NCBI GenBank assembly: GCA_002269645.1 | Contig: NIVC01003194.1 | Coordinates: 62,001-126,000, forward strand | Origin: Macrostomum lignano | Taxonomy: Eukaryota | DNA length: 64,000 nt | Reading direction: 5' to 3' | Shown here: positions 42,670 to 55,959 of the stretch, piece after piece | How the letters are laid out: the number at the start of each line of letters is the position of its first letter | Position numbering within the stretch: position 1 is the stretch's first letter | The notes under the pieces: generated by a model | Told to the model about the DNA's origin: nothing | Databases searched by the model: none | The model's input: the letters and a program-made list of their open reading frames with translations, nothing else | Made by a program: the position numbers and the translations under genes

Positions 42670-44110
42670 TCCCTGCCATCTCTAAACCCCCTTAATCTCA
42701 TTTATCTGTTCTCTCCCCCAATCACAGCCATCTCTAATCCCCCTCAATCCCATTTATCTCTGTTCTCTCCCCCAATCACAGCCATCTCTAATCCCCCTCA
42801 ATCCCATTTATCTCTGTTCTCTGCCCCAATCACAGCCATCTCTAATCCCCCTCAATCCCATTTATCTCTGTTCTCTCCCCCAACCACAGCCATCTCTAAT
42901 CCCCCTCAATCTCATATATCTCTGTTCTCTCCCCCAATCACAGCCATCTCTAATCCCCCTCAATCCCATTTATCTCTGTTCTCTGCCCCAATCACAGCCA
43001 TCTCTAATCCCCTCAATCCTATTTATCTCTGTTCTCTCCCCCAATCACAGCCATCTCTAATCTCATTTATCTCTGTTCTCTCCCCAATCACAGCCACCTC
43101 TAATCCCCTTTAATCTCATTTATCTCTGTTCTCTACCCCAACCACAGCCATCTCTAATCCCCTTTAATCTCATTTATCTCTGTTCTCTACCCCAATCACA
43201 GCCATCTCTAATCCCCCTCAATCTCATTTATCTCTGTTCTCTACCCCAACCACAGCCATCTCTAATCCCCTTTAATCTCATTTATCTCTGTTCTCTACCC
43301 CAACCACAGCCATCTCTAATCCCCTTTAATCTCATTTATCTCTGTTCTCTACCCCAATCACAGCCATCTCTAATCCCCTTTAATCTCATTTATCTCTGTT
43401 CTCTACCCCAATCCCAGCCATCTCTAATCCCCTTTAATCTCATTTATCTCTGTTCTCTACCCCAATCACAGCCATCTCTAATCCCCTTTAATCTCATTTA
43501 GCTATGTTCTCTACCCCAATCCCAGCCATCTCTAATCCCCTTTAATCTCATTTATCTCTGTTCTCTACCCCAACCACAGCCATCTCTAATCCCCTTTAAT
43601 CTCATTTATCTCTGTTCTCTCCCCCAATCACAGCCATCTCTAATCTCATTTATCTCTGTTCTCTCCCCCAATCACAGCCACCTCTAATCCCCTTTAATCT
43701 CATTTATCTCTGTTCTCTACCCCAATCACAGCCATCTCTAATCCCCCTTAATCTCATTTATCTCTGTTCTACCCCAATCCCAGCCATCTCTAATCCCCTT
43801 TAATCTCATTTATCTCTGTTCTACCCCAATCCCAGCCATCTCTAATCCCCTTTAATCTCATTTATCTCTGTTCTACCCCAATCCCAGCCATCTCTAATCC
43901 CCTTTAATCTCATTTATCTCTGTTCTACCCCAATCCCAGCCATCTCTAATCCCCTTTAATCTCATTTATCTCTGTTCTACCCCAATCCCAGCCATCTCTA
44001 ATCCCCTTTAATCTTATTTAACTCTGTTCTCTCCCCCAATCACAGCCATCTCTAATCCCCTTTAATCTTATTTAACTCTGTTCTCTCCCCCAATCACAGC
44101 CATCTCTAGC
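42670..44110. repeat. 54-bp tandem array between DGAT1-like and SIRT6
   Basis: Unit CCCAATCACAGCCATCTCTAATCCCCTTTAATCTCATTTATCTCTGTTCTCTAC. Confidence 0.95.
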
Positions 44111-44480
44111 TTTTAATCTTAATTAATCTCAATTCTCTCAGAATCCCAGCCATTTCTAATCTCCAACTCAGTCTCAATTCATTTCTATTACCTTCCCTAA
44201 TCACAGTCATCTCTAGACTCACTCAATCTCCCTCAAATCTATTCTCTCCTGAAATCTAACATGGACTTTCATTTTAGAATCCAAGACATAATAATAGTAC
44301 AAAAAAGTATACAGAAAGTCTATATGGATAGGAAAACAAAATAAATGTTTATTGCCCCAACAGAATTGTTTATTTATAGAATTTTAATCAACAAAAATTA
44401 AAGAGTTAACAACAGAAAATTATATTGCTAATATAATGTCAATCGTTGCAAATATCTACACAGAAAACGTCAGTTTAATG

Positions 44481-47400
44481 TCAAAGATAGTACTGACAGT
44501 AGTCAGCATAGCCCAGTCTAGCTAGCACTGGCAGGCCAAGCACAAGGCAGAGCCAAACGAAGGCATTGTTGCCGAATCTGACGCAGGCGGCATCCAGAAT
44601 GGGCAGCACGATGGCCACAGTGAGCAGAGGCCACGGCTGGGGCGATCGAAGCACTGCGGACACAACCAGCTGGGCCAGGAGAGCCCAGGCTAGACTAGGC
44701 AGATTGAATTCCGCTGCGGATGGCCACACAGACTTCAGCAGGTTGGTCAGGCTTGAAGCATTCCACCAGAGTCGCTTGGTTTGAGTTAGTTTGCTACTGA
44801 TAGTAGTGTCCTCAGCTGAGGGTTTCTGCTGCTGAAAATATTTTTTTGGTGAAAAATGATTTCTTATGTTTCTTTTTGTGGAATTCTTGCGTTACAATGA
44901 TTGGCATGGAAAGGCATTTCCCAAGCAACTTTTAAAGACGATTCCTAAATAACTTCAAAGGGCGATTCCTAAATAACTTCAAAGGGTGATTCCTAAAAAT
45001 CTTAAAAGCTTACACTAAACTTAGAAACGAACAATGAAAAGCTAAAAATAAAGAAATAGCACTTACAAAGTCACTGCCAGACTGAAAGCAGCAATCCATC
45101 AGTTTCAGAATCCGATCCATTGCCGCTCCTGCAGCCAAGCAGACGGCAATAACAGGAGGCGACAGGCGCAGTTGCCTCTCAACCATTACCAGCCAGTAGG
45201 ACGCATTGTACTCGTAGCTATTAGCAGCTGGATCAGATGAGGCGGCAGCTAGAGAAGGCATTAACCACTGTTGAGTCAGAGCCACTATAGCAACTAATAG
45301 TCCTGCTAGTTGAGCAAAGCTAATTAGTAGCATTCTGTTGACACTGACAACCCGAAGTTCAACGAGTTGCCTAGCAATGCGCTGACGCTGCAGGTGCAAA
45401 TTGGTCAGCTTGAGGAACAGAGCCACACTGATTGACATTCCTGCGAAGCCGACAACTGTTGAAGCGGGAATAGCGAGACGGAGGGTTATATTACACCTGA
45501 GTTTATGGAGTGCATTAACACACCTGGGTTTTATATGGGGTACATTAACACACCAGGGTTTTAAGGGTACAGAGAAGTATTTCAAAAAAGCTTTAATAAA
45601 TCAAGGTATTCAAGGCTGCTCATAACACACTACTCAACCCAAGTTTAAAGATAATAGGAAATACTCACTGGGCGAAGGCCTAGACCACAGCACAATGCAA
45701 GCGGGAGCCACCAGAAGCAGACAGGCACTGCTGGCCACTCCGAGCCTCCGATAGCCAGAAGAAGCGGCAAAAGCAGACGCATTCAGAGCGGCAAAAGCAA
45801 CGCAGACCAGGCCGGCAATGCAGGCTGGACCGCCTCCAACAGCCAGGCAGCTAAGAGGATTTCCAGCCAGAGGGCCGTATCTTAGATGGGACTCTAACAG
45901 ACAGCGAGCGATGCACATCGATAGAAGGATTAGCAATGGGCTTAGTAGGCCTCTGAAAGCGCCTCTGCTTTGGCCTAATTGGCCTGGCCGACTTAGCAGA
46001 CTGTCTGCTGGACTGTGGATCTGCCGACGCCTGGAAGCATTTCCAGCAGGGAAGAGATGCGTCAGGTGAACTATTGAGTATGTTGATATTCAATTAATGG
46101 GATTTAATTTAAGATTTCATTTAAGGTTGTTTAAACATGTAAATTAAAAGCAAGCCCAGGTCTTTGGATTTTTTGTACAGATTGTAAAATCGAATTATAA
46201 TTTTAAGATAAGTAAATGAAATTAGAGCATTATCTAAATTAGCCTGTAACCTAGGTCCTAGATTTGATACTTGAGACAGAAGATACCACCTGAGAGAGTA
46301 GATACCACCTGAGACAGTAGATACCACCTAAGAGACTGTAGATACCACCTGAGAGACAGTAGATACCACCTGAGAGACAGTAGATACCACCTGAGAGAGT
46401 AGATACCACCTGAGAAACAGTAGATACCACCTGAGAGACTGTAGATACCACCTGAGAGACAGTAGATACCACCTGAGAGACTGTAGATACCACCTGAGAG
46501 ACAGTAGATACCACCTGAGACAGTAGATACCACCTGAGAGACAGTAGATACCACCTGAGAGACAGTAGATACCAACTGAGACAGTAGATACCACCTGAGA
46601 CTGTAGATACCACCTGAGAGACTGTAGAGTGTAGATGCCACCTAAGAGACAGTAGATTCCACCTGAGAGACAGTAGATACCACCTGAGACAGTAGATACC
46701 ACCTGAGACTGTAGATACCACCTGAGAGACTGTAGAGTGTAGATGCCACCTAAGAGACAGTAGATACCACCTGAGAGACTGTAGATACCACCTGAGAGAC
46801 AGTAGATACCACCTGAGAGACAGTAGATACCACCTGAGAGACTGTAGATACCACCTGAGAGACAGTAGATACCACCTGAGAGACAGTAGATACCACCTGA
46901 GAAACAGTAGATACCACCTGAGAGACAGTAGATACCACCTGAGACTGTAGATACCATCTGAGAGACTGTAGAGTGTAGATGCCACCTAAGAGACAGTAGA
47001 TACCACCTGAGAGACTGTAGATACCACCTGAGAGACTGTAGATACCACCTGAAGAGACAGTAGATACCACCTGAGAAACAGTAGATACCACCTGAGAGAC
47101 AGTAGATACCACCTGAGACTTTAGATACCACCTGAAAGACTGTAGAGTGTAGATGCCACCTAAGAGACAGTAGATACCACCTGAGAGACTGTAGATACCA
47201 CCTGAGAGACAGTAGACACCACCTGAGAAACAGTAGATACCACCTGAGAGACTGTAGAGTGTAGATGCCACCTAAGAGACAGTAGCTACCATCTGAGAGA
47301 CAGTAGATTATGTAGATACCATCTAAGAGACAGTAGATGCCACCTAAGAGACAGTAGATACCACCTGAGAGACTGTAGATACCACCTGAGAGACAGTAGA

Positions 47401-48233
47401 TACCACCTGAGAAACAGTAGATACCACCTGAGAGACTGTAGAGTGTAGATGCCACCTAAGAGACAGTAGCTACCATCTGAGAGACAGTAGATTATGTAGA
47501 TACCATCTGAGAGACAGTAGATGCCACCTAAGAGACAGTAGCTACCATCTGAGAGACAGTAGATTATGTAGCTACCATCTAAGAGACAGTAGCTACCATC
47601 TGAGAGACAGTAGCTACCACCTAAGATGAGACAGTAGATACCTCTGGCACCCTGGTTTTAAATTTGGCATCCTGAATTCGGACACAGGTAACTAGTGATT
47701 TGTCCTAGGTTTTAAAAGATGTAATACAGCAATGCTGATTGCTGGGTAGGACTTGCTTCATTAGCAACAACAGACTACATTTTAATTAGGCCAACTAACC
47801 CATCTTGATCTTCCGGTACGCTTTGCTGCTCCCAGTCGCATTTCAGCCACGCTAGCAACTGCCTACCAACTATACCAACAGCATTGGCTAGGGCAGACGA
47901 TTTCACAATCGATTTTGCACGACTCCTCAAATCGATGTTTAGATAGGACCGACGACTCAAAGTAGACACCGAATCGAACGAATTTGAACGCCTATGACGA
48001 CGCTTCGGTCGAGAACGTTCAATAACGGTTGACGCAGCGGCGCTACTTGATGTAGAATTCGAAGGCTTAGAAGATTTTTCCGGTGTTTTATCAAGGACAT
48101 TCTTCTTTGGCTGAGCAAGTTTAGTAGAGCTCAGAAGGCGATAATGCGAAGGCGACGGAGCAACAGCAGTCGATCCTTCATCATTAGCGTGAACCAAAGG
48201 CGCCACGGCTATAATACCGCTAGTGAGATGCAT
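44481..48233 (-). CDS. Divergent DGAT1-like MBOAT membrane protein lacking catalytic residues; join(48233..47800,46030..45669,45455..45067,44774..44481), 492 aa
   Basis: HSPADSLLS, FRGLL..IARCLLESHLRYG, LFLKL, TQQWLMPSL, VERQLRLSPP, DFRLWWN, FGNNAFVWLCLVLGLPV..YADY align collinearly with DGAT1. Introns are GT-AG with matching phases 2, 1 and 0. Confidence 0.8.
46265..47640. repeat. 21-bp tandem array, DGAT1-like intron 1
   Basis: Unit GAGACAGTAGATACCACCTGA. Confidence 0.95.
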
Positions 48234-49599
48234 CGAAATGATGTGTTTCTATATTTTACTGACAAACTGACGACAGACCTGACTTCGCTTGATCTATTTG
48301 GAAGGAACGCAAGGGTCTCAAGTGTGATTTATATACTCCTTTTACTGTGCCCAATCCAAGGGGAGTAGGCAGACGCTAACCAAGGCCAATACCTACAGAC
48401 TGACTGACTTGGCTTAAGGAAACAAGCACGCAGCAGAGGGTGGCCGGCGGCGTGGCTGTGCGTGGCATCGTGTGCTATATTTAGAAACAGACTAAAAACG
48501 GGAATCCCCCTACAAGTAGACAGGGGTTTTGAAATGACCTAGAAATAGAAACCCGTCCAGTCGCGCACGCGTGAAGGTCACGCTATGGCTGCGTGGCACA
48601 TGCTATCCTAGTGTAAAATTCTGGGAATTTCGTCATTCTTGCGTTTAGGCTCGGTTGCGTGTTTTGGCGGCAATGGGTTTTTCACTTGTTTATGTACACA
48701 TCAATCATTCCTATTCTGCGTGGCTTGGCTTCAACCCTCGGGACTGGCGTGCTAACTGCGTGATTTTAAATCGATTACATAAAACGAGTACGACCAGATC
48801 TTATTTTCTCTTATCTACTTAGCTTAGCTAGCTAGCTTATACCATTCATGTTCACGTCTCGCTCACGCATCAAATGCATGCGGAGACCAAAATATTAAGT
48901 TATAAACCCAGTCAGTGGGACAGAGTTATATGATTTACCGATACTGTACATAAAAACTTTCAAACTTGTAAAAGTCCACTAGATATAGAAAACTAGTTTT
49001 GTACTTTTTTCTCTCTTTTACTAAGTTAACCTTAACCGCGAGGACCTGTTTTGATTTGAAACACAGCTGCGAGTGGCACCGAGGTGATAACAGCCTCAAA
49101 TTAAAATTGCAATGGCACCCCCACCCCTCAAGTGACACGCGTGTGTAGCTCGTAATAAACAGATAACAACTAGACTGGAGATTAAAATCGCTCCTTAAGT
49201 GAAGTGACTGACTGACTGCCCTTCTTGCTAGTGAAAGACTAATTGTCACCGCACTGAGTTGACAACATAAAGCTAACGCTGATGGAAAATTTCCTTACTA
49301 GATTAGATAATACCCTGTTTGATTATAAAGACTATTTAGTAGGCTAGGTAGATAGTCCTTGGCCAGATACAAAAAAACTTTATTAGCTTTGGCCGTCTGT
49401 AGCTACCCAATCAATTCAAAAAAGTACTTCTATTTTGCTTGACTGGAAAAAAAACCTGACGCGTAGGAAAAATAAGATAAGGCCAGGTCCTAACTGCTGA
49501 TTAGGTTAGGTGGAGAGATAAAAACATAATGACACGGACAGACAGAATTGAGACAATAAATTTAGAAACAAGCAATAACAACTCACATTAAACGTGAGG

Positions 49600-50940
49600 A
49601 GGAGGAGGAGACAAGAGGAGGGAGACATGAGATAAGAGAGGAGACAGGGGACAAGAGATGGAGGCAGAAGACCAGGGAAGGCAGGAGACTAGTGAGGGAG
49701 ACAGGAGATAAGAAATGGAGACAGGAGACAAGAGAGAAGGCTGGGACAAGAGAGCAAGGCAGGAGACAAGAGAGGGAACAGGAGACAAGAGAGCAAGGCA
49801 GGAGACAAGAGAGGGAGACAGGAGACAAGAGAGGGAGACAGGGGACAAGAGAGGGAGACAGGGGACAAGAGAGGGAGACAGGAGACAAGAGAGCAAGGCA
49901 GGAGACAAGAGAGGGAGACAGGAGGACAAGAGGGAGACAGGGACAAGAGAGGGAGACAGGGGACAAGAGAGGGAGACAGGGGACAAGAGAGGGAGGCAGG
50001 GGACAAGAGAGCGAGACATGGGACAAGAGAGGAAGACAGGGGACAAGAGAGGAGACAGGGGACAGGAGGGGAGACAGGGACAAGAGAGGGAGACAGGGAC
50101 AAGAGAGGGAGACAGGAGACAAGAGAGGGAGACAGGGACAAGAGAGGGAGACAGGGACAAGAGAGGGAGACAGGGACAAGAGAGGGAGACAGGGGACAAG
50201 AGAGGGAGACAGGGGACAAGAGAGGGAGACAGGGGACAAGAGAGGAGACAGGGGACAAGAGAGGAGACAGGAGACAGAGAGGGAGACAGGGGACAAAGAG
50301 AGGGAGACAGGGACAAGAGAGGGACCAGGGACAAGAGAGGGAGACAGGGGACAAAGAGGGGAGACAGGGACAAGAGATGGGAGACAGGGGACAAGAGAGC
50401 GGAGACAGGGACAAGAGAGGAGAACAGGGGACAAGAGAGGAGACAGGGGACAAGAGAGGGAGACAGGGAAGAGAGGGAGCAGGGGACAAGAGGGAGACAG
50501 GGACAAGAGAGGAGACAGGGACAAGAGAGGGAGACAGGGACAAGAGAGGGAGACAGGGGACAAGAGAGGGAGCAGGGGACAAGAGAGGGAGACAGGGACA
50601 AGAGAGGGAGACAGGAGACAGAAGGAGACAGGGACAAGAGAGGGAGACAGGGACAAGAGAGGGAGACAGGGGACAAGAGAGGGAGACAGGGACGAAGAGA
50701 GGGAGACAGATGCGGACTAAGAGAAGGAGACAGGGGACAAAGAGGGAGACAGGGGACAAGAGAGGGAGACAGGGGACAAGAGAGGGAGACATGGGACAGA
50801 GAGGAAGACAGGGGACAAGAGAGGGAGACAGGGGACAAGAGAGGGAGACAGGGGACAAGAGAGGGAGACAGGGGACAAGAGAGGGAGACAGGGGACAAGA
50901 GAGGGAGACAGGAGACAGAGAGGGAGACAGGAGATAAGCG
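49600..50940. repeat. 19/20-bp purine-rich array between MICU1 and DGAT1-like
   Basis: Unit GAGGGAGACAGGGGACAAGA. Confidence 0.95.
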
Positions 50941-51451
50941 GGGAGACAGTATCAATGTTTAGCACTATTTTGTAGCCAGGATAGTAACTACCTAGCAAGG
51001 AATACAAATAAAAGTACAATAAGAACTACAATGTCAGTATCAACTACAGGGACATTATCGTAAATTGTTTCTGTGTATTTTGTTTTACAAATTGAAAACA
51101 AAAACAAAATAGTAATAAAATGGGTAAGAACTTAGAAGCAAAAAGCCGCCATCAGATTTTAAGAAAAGCGCTGACTAAACAGCGAATTGAAAAATAACTA
51201 TATTGGCCAGTAGTGAGGAGGACTCAAAAAAACTCACAGACAATGAATGGGAAGATACCTATGATAAAATTAGCCGATTATGTAAAAATATAAATATAAA
51301 TACTTGTTTGCATATAACAGTATTAATACCAATGGATTCATTGCACAGTATTTCAGTTTACTAGCTATGCAGCTGTCTGGTTAAAATCAAAGCTTAAAAA
51401 TAAATAATTAAATGAGTCTATAATAAGCGGCCTATAATTCAAAATCATAAA

Positions 51452-54400
51452 TCAACGATTGCCACCTCTGATCCAATCGAACAGCTGCTCCTGAGCACAG
51501 CTGCTCAGGGCGGACAGCATTCGAATAGCTCCGGTGTCCATCGATTTATCCAGACCGCGAGACAGCCGGTGCTTCATCACCGATACGAATTCTTTGTTGC
51601 TGAGGTACCCGTCGCCGTCTTCGTCAAACAGGACAAAGACGACGTCCAGTAGGTGACTGTCCAGCTCGATGCTCGCCACGGTAACAGCCATGTGCCGAAA
51701 TGTGGCCTTGTCGATGGAGGCGCCAGCTGTCCATTTAGAGTTGAAAAAATGAGAATAAATTTAATCAAAATGTCTGTTTAAAATTGCTTATTGAAGTTAC
51801 TGAGGATCTGGGAGGCTGGCCCAGCAGCTGAGGATCTGGGAGGCCGGCCCAGCAACTGACACTCTGGAAGGCTGGCCCAGCAGCTGAGGATCTGGGAGGC
51901 TGGCCCAGCAGCTGAGGATCTGGGAGCTGGCCCAGCAACTGAGGATCTGGAGGCTGGCCCAGCAGCTGAGGATCTGGGAGGCTGGCCCAGCAGCTGAGGA
52001 TCTGGAGGCTGGCCCAGCAGCAACTAAGGATCTGGGAGGCTGGCCCAGCAACTGAGGATCTGGGAGGCTGGCCCAGCAGCAACTGAGGATCTGGGAGGCT
52101 GGCCCAGCAACTACTGAGGATCTGGGAGGCTGGCCCAGCAACTACTGAGGATCTGGGAGGCTGGCCCAGCAACTACTGAGGATCTGGGAGGCCGGCTCAG
52201 CAGCAACTGAGGAATCTGGGAGGCTGGCCCAGCAGCTGAGGATCTGGGAGGCTGGCCAGCAGCTGAGGATCTGGGAGGCCGGCTCAGCAGCAACTGAGGA
52301 ATCTGGGAGGCTGGCCCAGCAGCTGAGGATCTGGGAGGCCGGCTCAGCAGTAACTGAGGATCTGGGAGGCTGGCCCAGCAGCAACTGAGGATCTGGGAGG
52401 CTGGCCCAGTAACTGGGGATCTGGGAGGCTGGCCCAGCAGCTGAGGATCTGGGAGGGCAGCTGAGGATCTGGGAGGGCAGCTGAGGATCTGGGAGGGCAG
52501 CAGAGAAGCTCAAGGAGACGCTGAGGCGAGCTCACAGATGTGGTGAAACGTGAGCGCGGTGTCCACGTCAGCGATGGACTTCAGCAGGCGGGAGAACTCG
52601 GCGTACTGCTTGAACGAGATGCCCTGGCGCCGCCAGAGCCGAATGCCTCTCGAACGCGGCGCAGCATTCTGCGCTTTTTAATGTCCGGGAAACCGGCGTA
52701 AGCGATGAGGAGGCGAGCGAAGCTGAGCTCGGTGATGCAGTCGCGCTGATCTGGCCGGTAGCGATCGAACTCGATTCGATTCAGTTCGCGTTGTAGTCGG
52801 GCCTGGACGAGAAATAAAATCGATTGGTTGATTTATGCAATATGATTTTAATAATGACTGATCATTCTTTGACAGCTATAGTCGCATCGGAGTCATAATT
52901 CTCGACATCATTCTTGGGACCGAAACAATGCATTGCACTGCATCAGATATGATTCAATAATGACTCAGATCCGTCAGATGTGACTCACTACTGACCCAGG
53001 TGTGACTCACTACTGACCCAGATGTGACTCACTACTGACCCAGGTGTGACTCACTACTGACCCAGATGTGACTCACTACTGACCCAGATGTGACTCACTA
53101 CTGACCCAGGTGTGACTCACTACTGACCCAGATGTGACTCACTACTGACCCAGGTGTGACTAACTACTGAACCAGGTGACTCACCACTGAAGAGTTAATT
53201 GTGGCTCATCAATGACTCACTGAGATGTGACTCATGACTCAACTGATTCCGTAGCAATCAAAAAATGCTTGTAGATACACGGGATCAGAGGTGCAATTCT
53301 AGCTGCATTAAAGCCAGTTAGATTTCAACTATCTAACAGAACTGCACACTGAACACCAACCTGAAAGTCCAGCATCCGAGCAATGCTCAGTAATCCATGA
53401 CCAGATTGGCCAAAAAAGTAACACGCCAAGGCGGAGTTCAATTCGGGTTTCAGCGTACTGCCAGTCACGCTGTGATCCCGGTGACGCTTGCCAACATTGG
53501 TCTGGTCGCGAAGGATTGTCTGAAGATTAAGACAAGGGTTATGGGTGTGCGCAGGGCTCCTTTAGGCCCTAACAGAGATTCAATCTTAAACCTGTTTAAT
53601 TACCAACACATTTTTGGTTATTAGTGACACCTCAAGTTAATCCTTGGTAATACATGAAGCCTATTACTGGTAATATTTGAAGCCTATTACTGGTAATATT
53701 TGAAGCCTATTACTGGTAATATTTGAAGCCTATTACTGGTAATATTTGAAGCCTATTACTGGTAATACATGAAGCCTATTACTGGTAATACCTGAAGCCT
53801 ATTACTGGTAATACCTGAAGTCTGTTGCTGGTAATACCTGAAGCTCATTACTAGTAATACCTGAAGTCTATTACTGGTAATACCTGAAGCTCATTACTGG
53901 TAATACCTGAAGCTCATTACTGGTAATACCTGAAGTCTATTACTGGTAATACCTGAAGTCTATTACTGGTAATACCTGAAGTCTGTTGCTGGTAATACCT
54001 GAAGCTCATTACTGGTAATACCTGAAGTCTATTACTGGTAATACCTGAAGTCTATTGCTGGTAATACCGCAAGCTACGAGTACATACATAGGCTACCTGA
54101 AGTTTATTTTATGCGCCATCTGAAGCCAAGTTTGACACTTCAAAGACTTCTATTCTCGTAATTATCTCAGCAAAAAATAGCAAAATTTACTAGTTATACT
54201 ACTGATAAGAAAGAAAGTTTTCTCAGAGACAAACCTGCACGTGCATAAAGTCGTCAATATCCAAATTCCCGTCCGCATTGGAGTCGAACATGCGAAAAGC
54301 AATCTCAAATTGCCTGGGCGGAGTGCTAAGCACGGTGAGTAGGAATATGTAGTCACTAAACGAGATTAAAGCTTCGTTGCCGAGAGTTCGAAATACCGAA

Positions 54401-55692
54401 TCTCGAGGTCGAAGTTCGAACAGGCGAGCCGGCTTCTCAATTGCCGGGTCGTAGCGTTCGAAGGAATCGAGCCCGAGACCTTCGGGTTGACGAACACCCG
54501 GAGTCAGGCTGCGAACAAAATCTGCCGGAGTCATGAATATCTGAGGGGACGGATTGTGAGAGCATGAGGGACTTGAAGTCTTAGTTTGGGGATTCGGGAA
54601 CCCCTAAAACCTGGGGATCTGGGAAATCCCAAAACATGAAGGTCTGGAAAACCCAAAAAACCTGAGGATCTGGGAAATCCCAAAACCTGAGGATCTGGGA
54701 AATCCCCAAACCTGAGGATCTGGGAAATCCCAAAACTTGAGAATCTGGGAAATCCCAAAGCCTGAGAATCTGGGAAACTCCAAAGCCTGAGGATCTGGGA
54801 AATCCCAAAACTTGAGAATCTGGGAAATCCGAAAACCTGAGAATCTGGGAAATCCCAAAGCCTGAGAATCTGGGAAACTCCCAAAACCTAAGGATCTGGG
54901 AAATCCCCAGAAGACCTGAGGATCTGGGAAAACCCAAACCCGAGATCTGGGAAATCCTAAAACCTGAGAATCTGGGAAACCCCAAAACCTGAGAATCTGG
55001 AAAATCCCAAAACCTAAAATCTGGGAAATCCCAAAACCTAAAATCTGGGAAATCCTAAAACCTAAAATCTGGGTAATCCTAAAACATGAAGGTCTGGGAA
55101 ACCCCAAAAACCTGAGAATCTGGGAAATCCCAAAATCTGAGAATCTGGCAAATCCAGAGCCTGAGAATCTGGGAAACTCCAAAGCCTTAGGATCTGGGAA
55201 ATCCCAAAACCTGAGGATCTGGGAAACCCCAAAACCTGAGAATCTGGAAAATCCCAAAACCTGAGAGTCCGAGAAACGCAAAATAACCCGAGGATGTGGG
55301 ATTTTCAAACAGAAGCAAAAGAAATCCCAATCACTAACAGTGGTGTTGCCATCAGAATCAACAGTCTGCAGCGTGGCAAAGTAGCGAAATATTTTGTCTG
55401 GCGTGCTGTAAGCTCGGATTCGGTCCTCGTAAGCAATTATTCGACGCTCGCGAAAGCCCAGCCTCTTTCGCTTCGAAGCGGCAGCCTCATTATTGGTTAC
55501 ATTTTCGTCCTCTTTAGACAGTTCCTTGGCCTGAACAACTCGACGAAAAGCGAGGACAAGACCGCCAAAAGTTACAGCTGCAACAGTGGCGGCGGCCAAC
55601 CCCAGACCCGTTCGCCTTGGCCTTTGATCTTCGCCGCCGCAGTAATTGGCAGTGTCCTCAGTCCCGCCACTATCGCATTGGCATATTGACTC
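51452..55692 (-). CDS. MICU1: Mitochondrial calcium uptake protein 1; join(55692?..55339,54540..54235,53519..53361,52802..52536,51726..51452), apparent 1-nt frameshift near 52621
   Basis: [49 protein letters not shown]-hand [30 protein letters not shown]-hand [13 protein letters not shown]. Introns are phase-consistent. The 5' end and targeting peptide are unresolved. Confidence 0.9.
51797..52500. repeat. Array of about 28 bp, last MICU1 intron
   Basis: Unit about AGCAGCTGAGGATCTGGGAGGCTGGCCC. Confidence 0.94.
52975..53190. repeat. 22-bp array, MICU1 intron
   Basis: Unit TGTGACTCACTACTGACCCAGR. Confidence 0.92.
53640..54070. repeat. 23-bp array with internal inverted repeat, MICU1 intron
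   Basis: Unit GGTAATATTTGAAGCCTATTACT; junctions form TATTAC-TG-GTAATA. Confidence 0.92.
54580..55285. repeat. Array of about 25 bp, first MICU1 intron
   Basis: Unit about CCCAAAACCTGAGGATCTGGGAAAT. Confidence 0.92.
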
Positions 55693-55959
55693 CTAATTGG
55701 CGATGAGTGGCAAAGTTTAATCGGCTGCCTATTGATTATCGAGATAATTGCGCCTATTTGATTAAATAATTTATTCTGACCGCGTGCAGAGGCAGCCGTA
55801 GCCGCTGTAACTTTTATGAGGCCGCGCATGCAATAATAAATAGGCCGCAATATTATTATTACGGTTTATGAGCATTATAATATTGAGGAGTAAGGCACGG
55901 TTCTCTTATCGCCCTGTACAAATTGAAGTCGATTACCTGATTCCTACCCATCCAGAGCC

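Noticed and set aside
45481-45560. Acceptors at 45497 and about 45525 for DGAT1-like exon 3
   Set aside because: Phase 2, incompatible with the phase-1 donor at 45668; the acceptor at 45456 fits.
48400-48900. Possible structured ncRNA or SL RNA gene, and a GGGAATCCCC kappaB-like site
   Set aside because: Only weak hairpins, no Sm site or SL sequence recognised, and a single 10-mer is not evidence; at most a promoter-like region.
46251-52513. Long RWYLL, LSPVSL, RETGDK and GPASQI ORFs
   Set aside because: Minisatellite translations without domain content.
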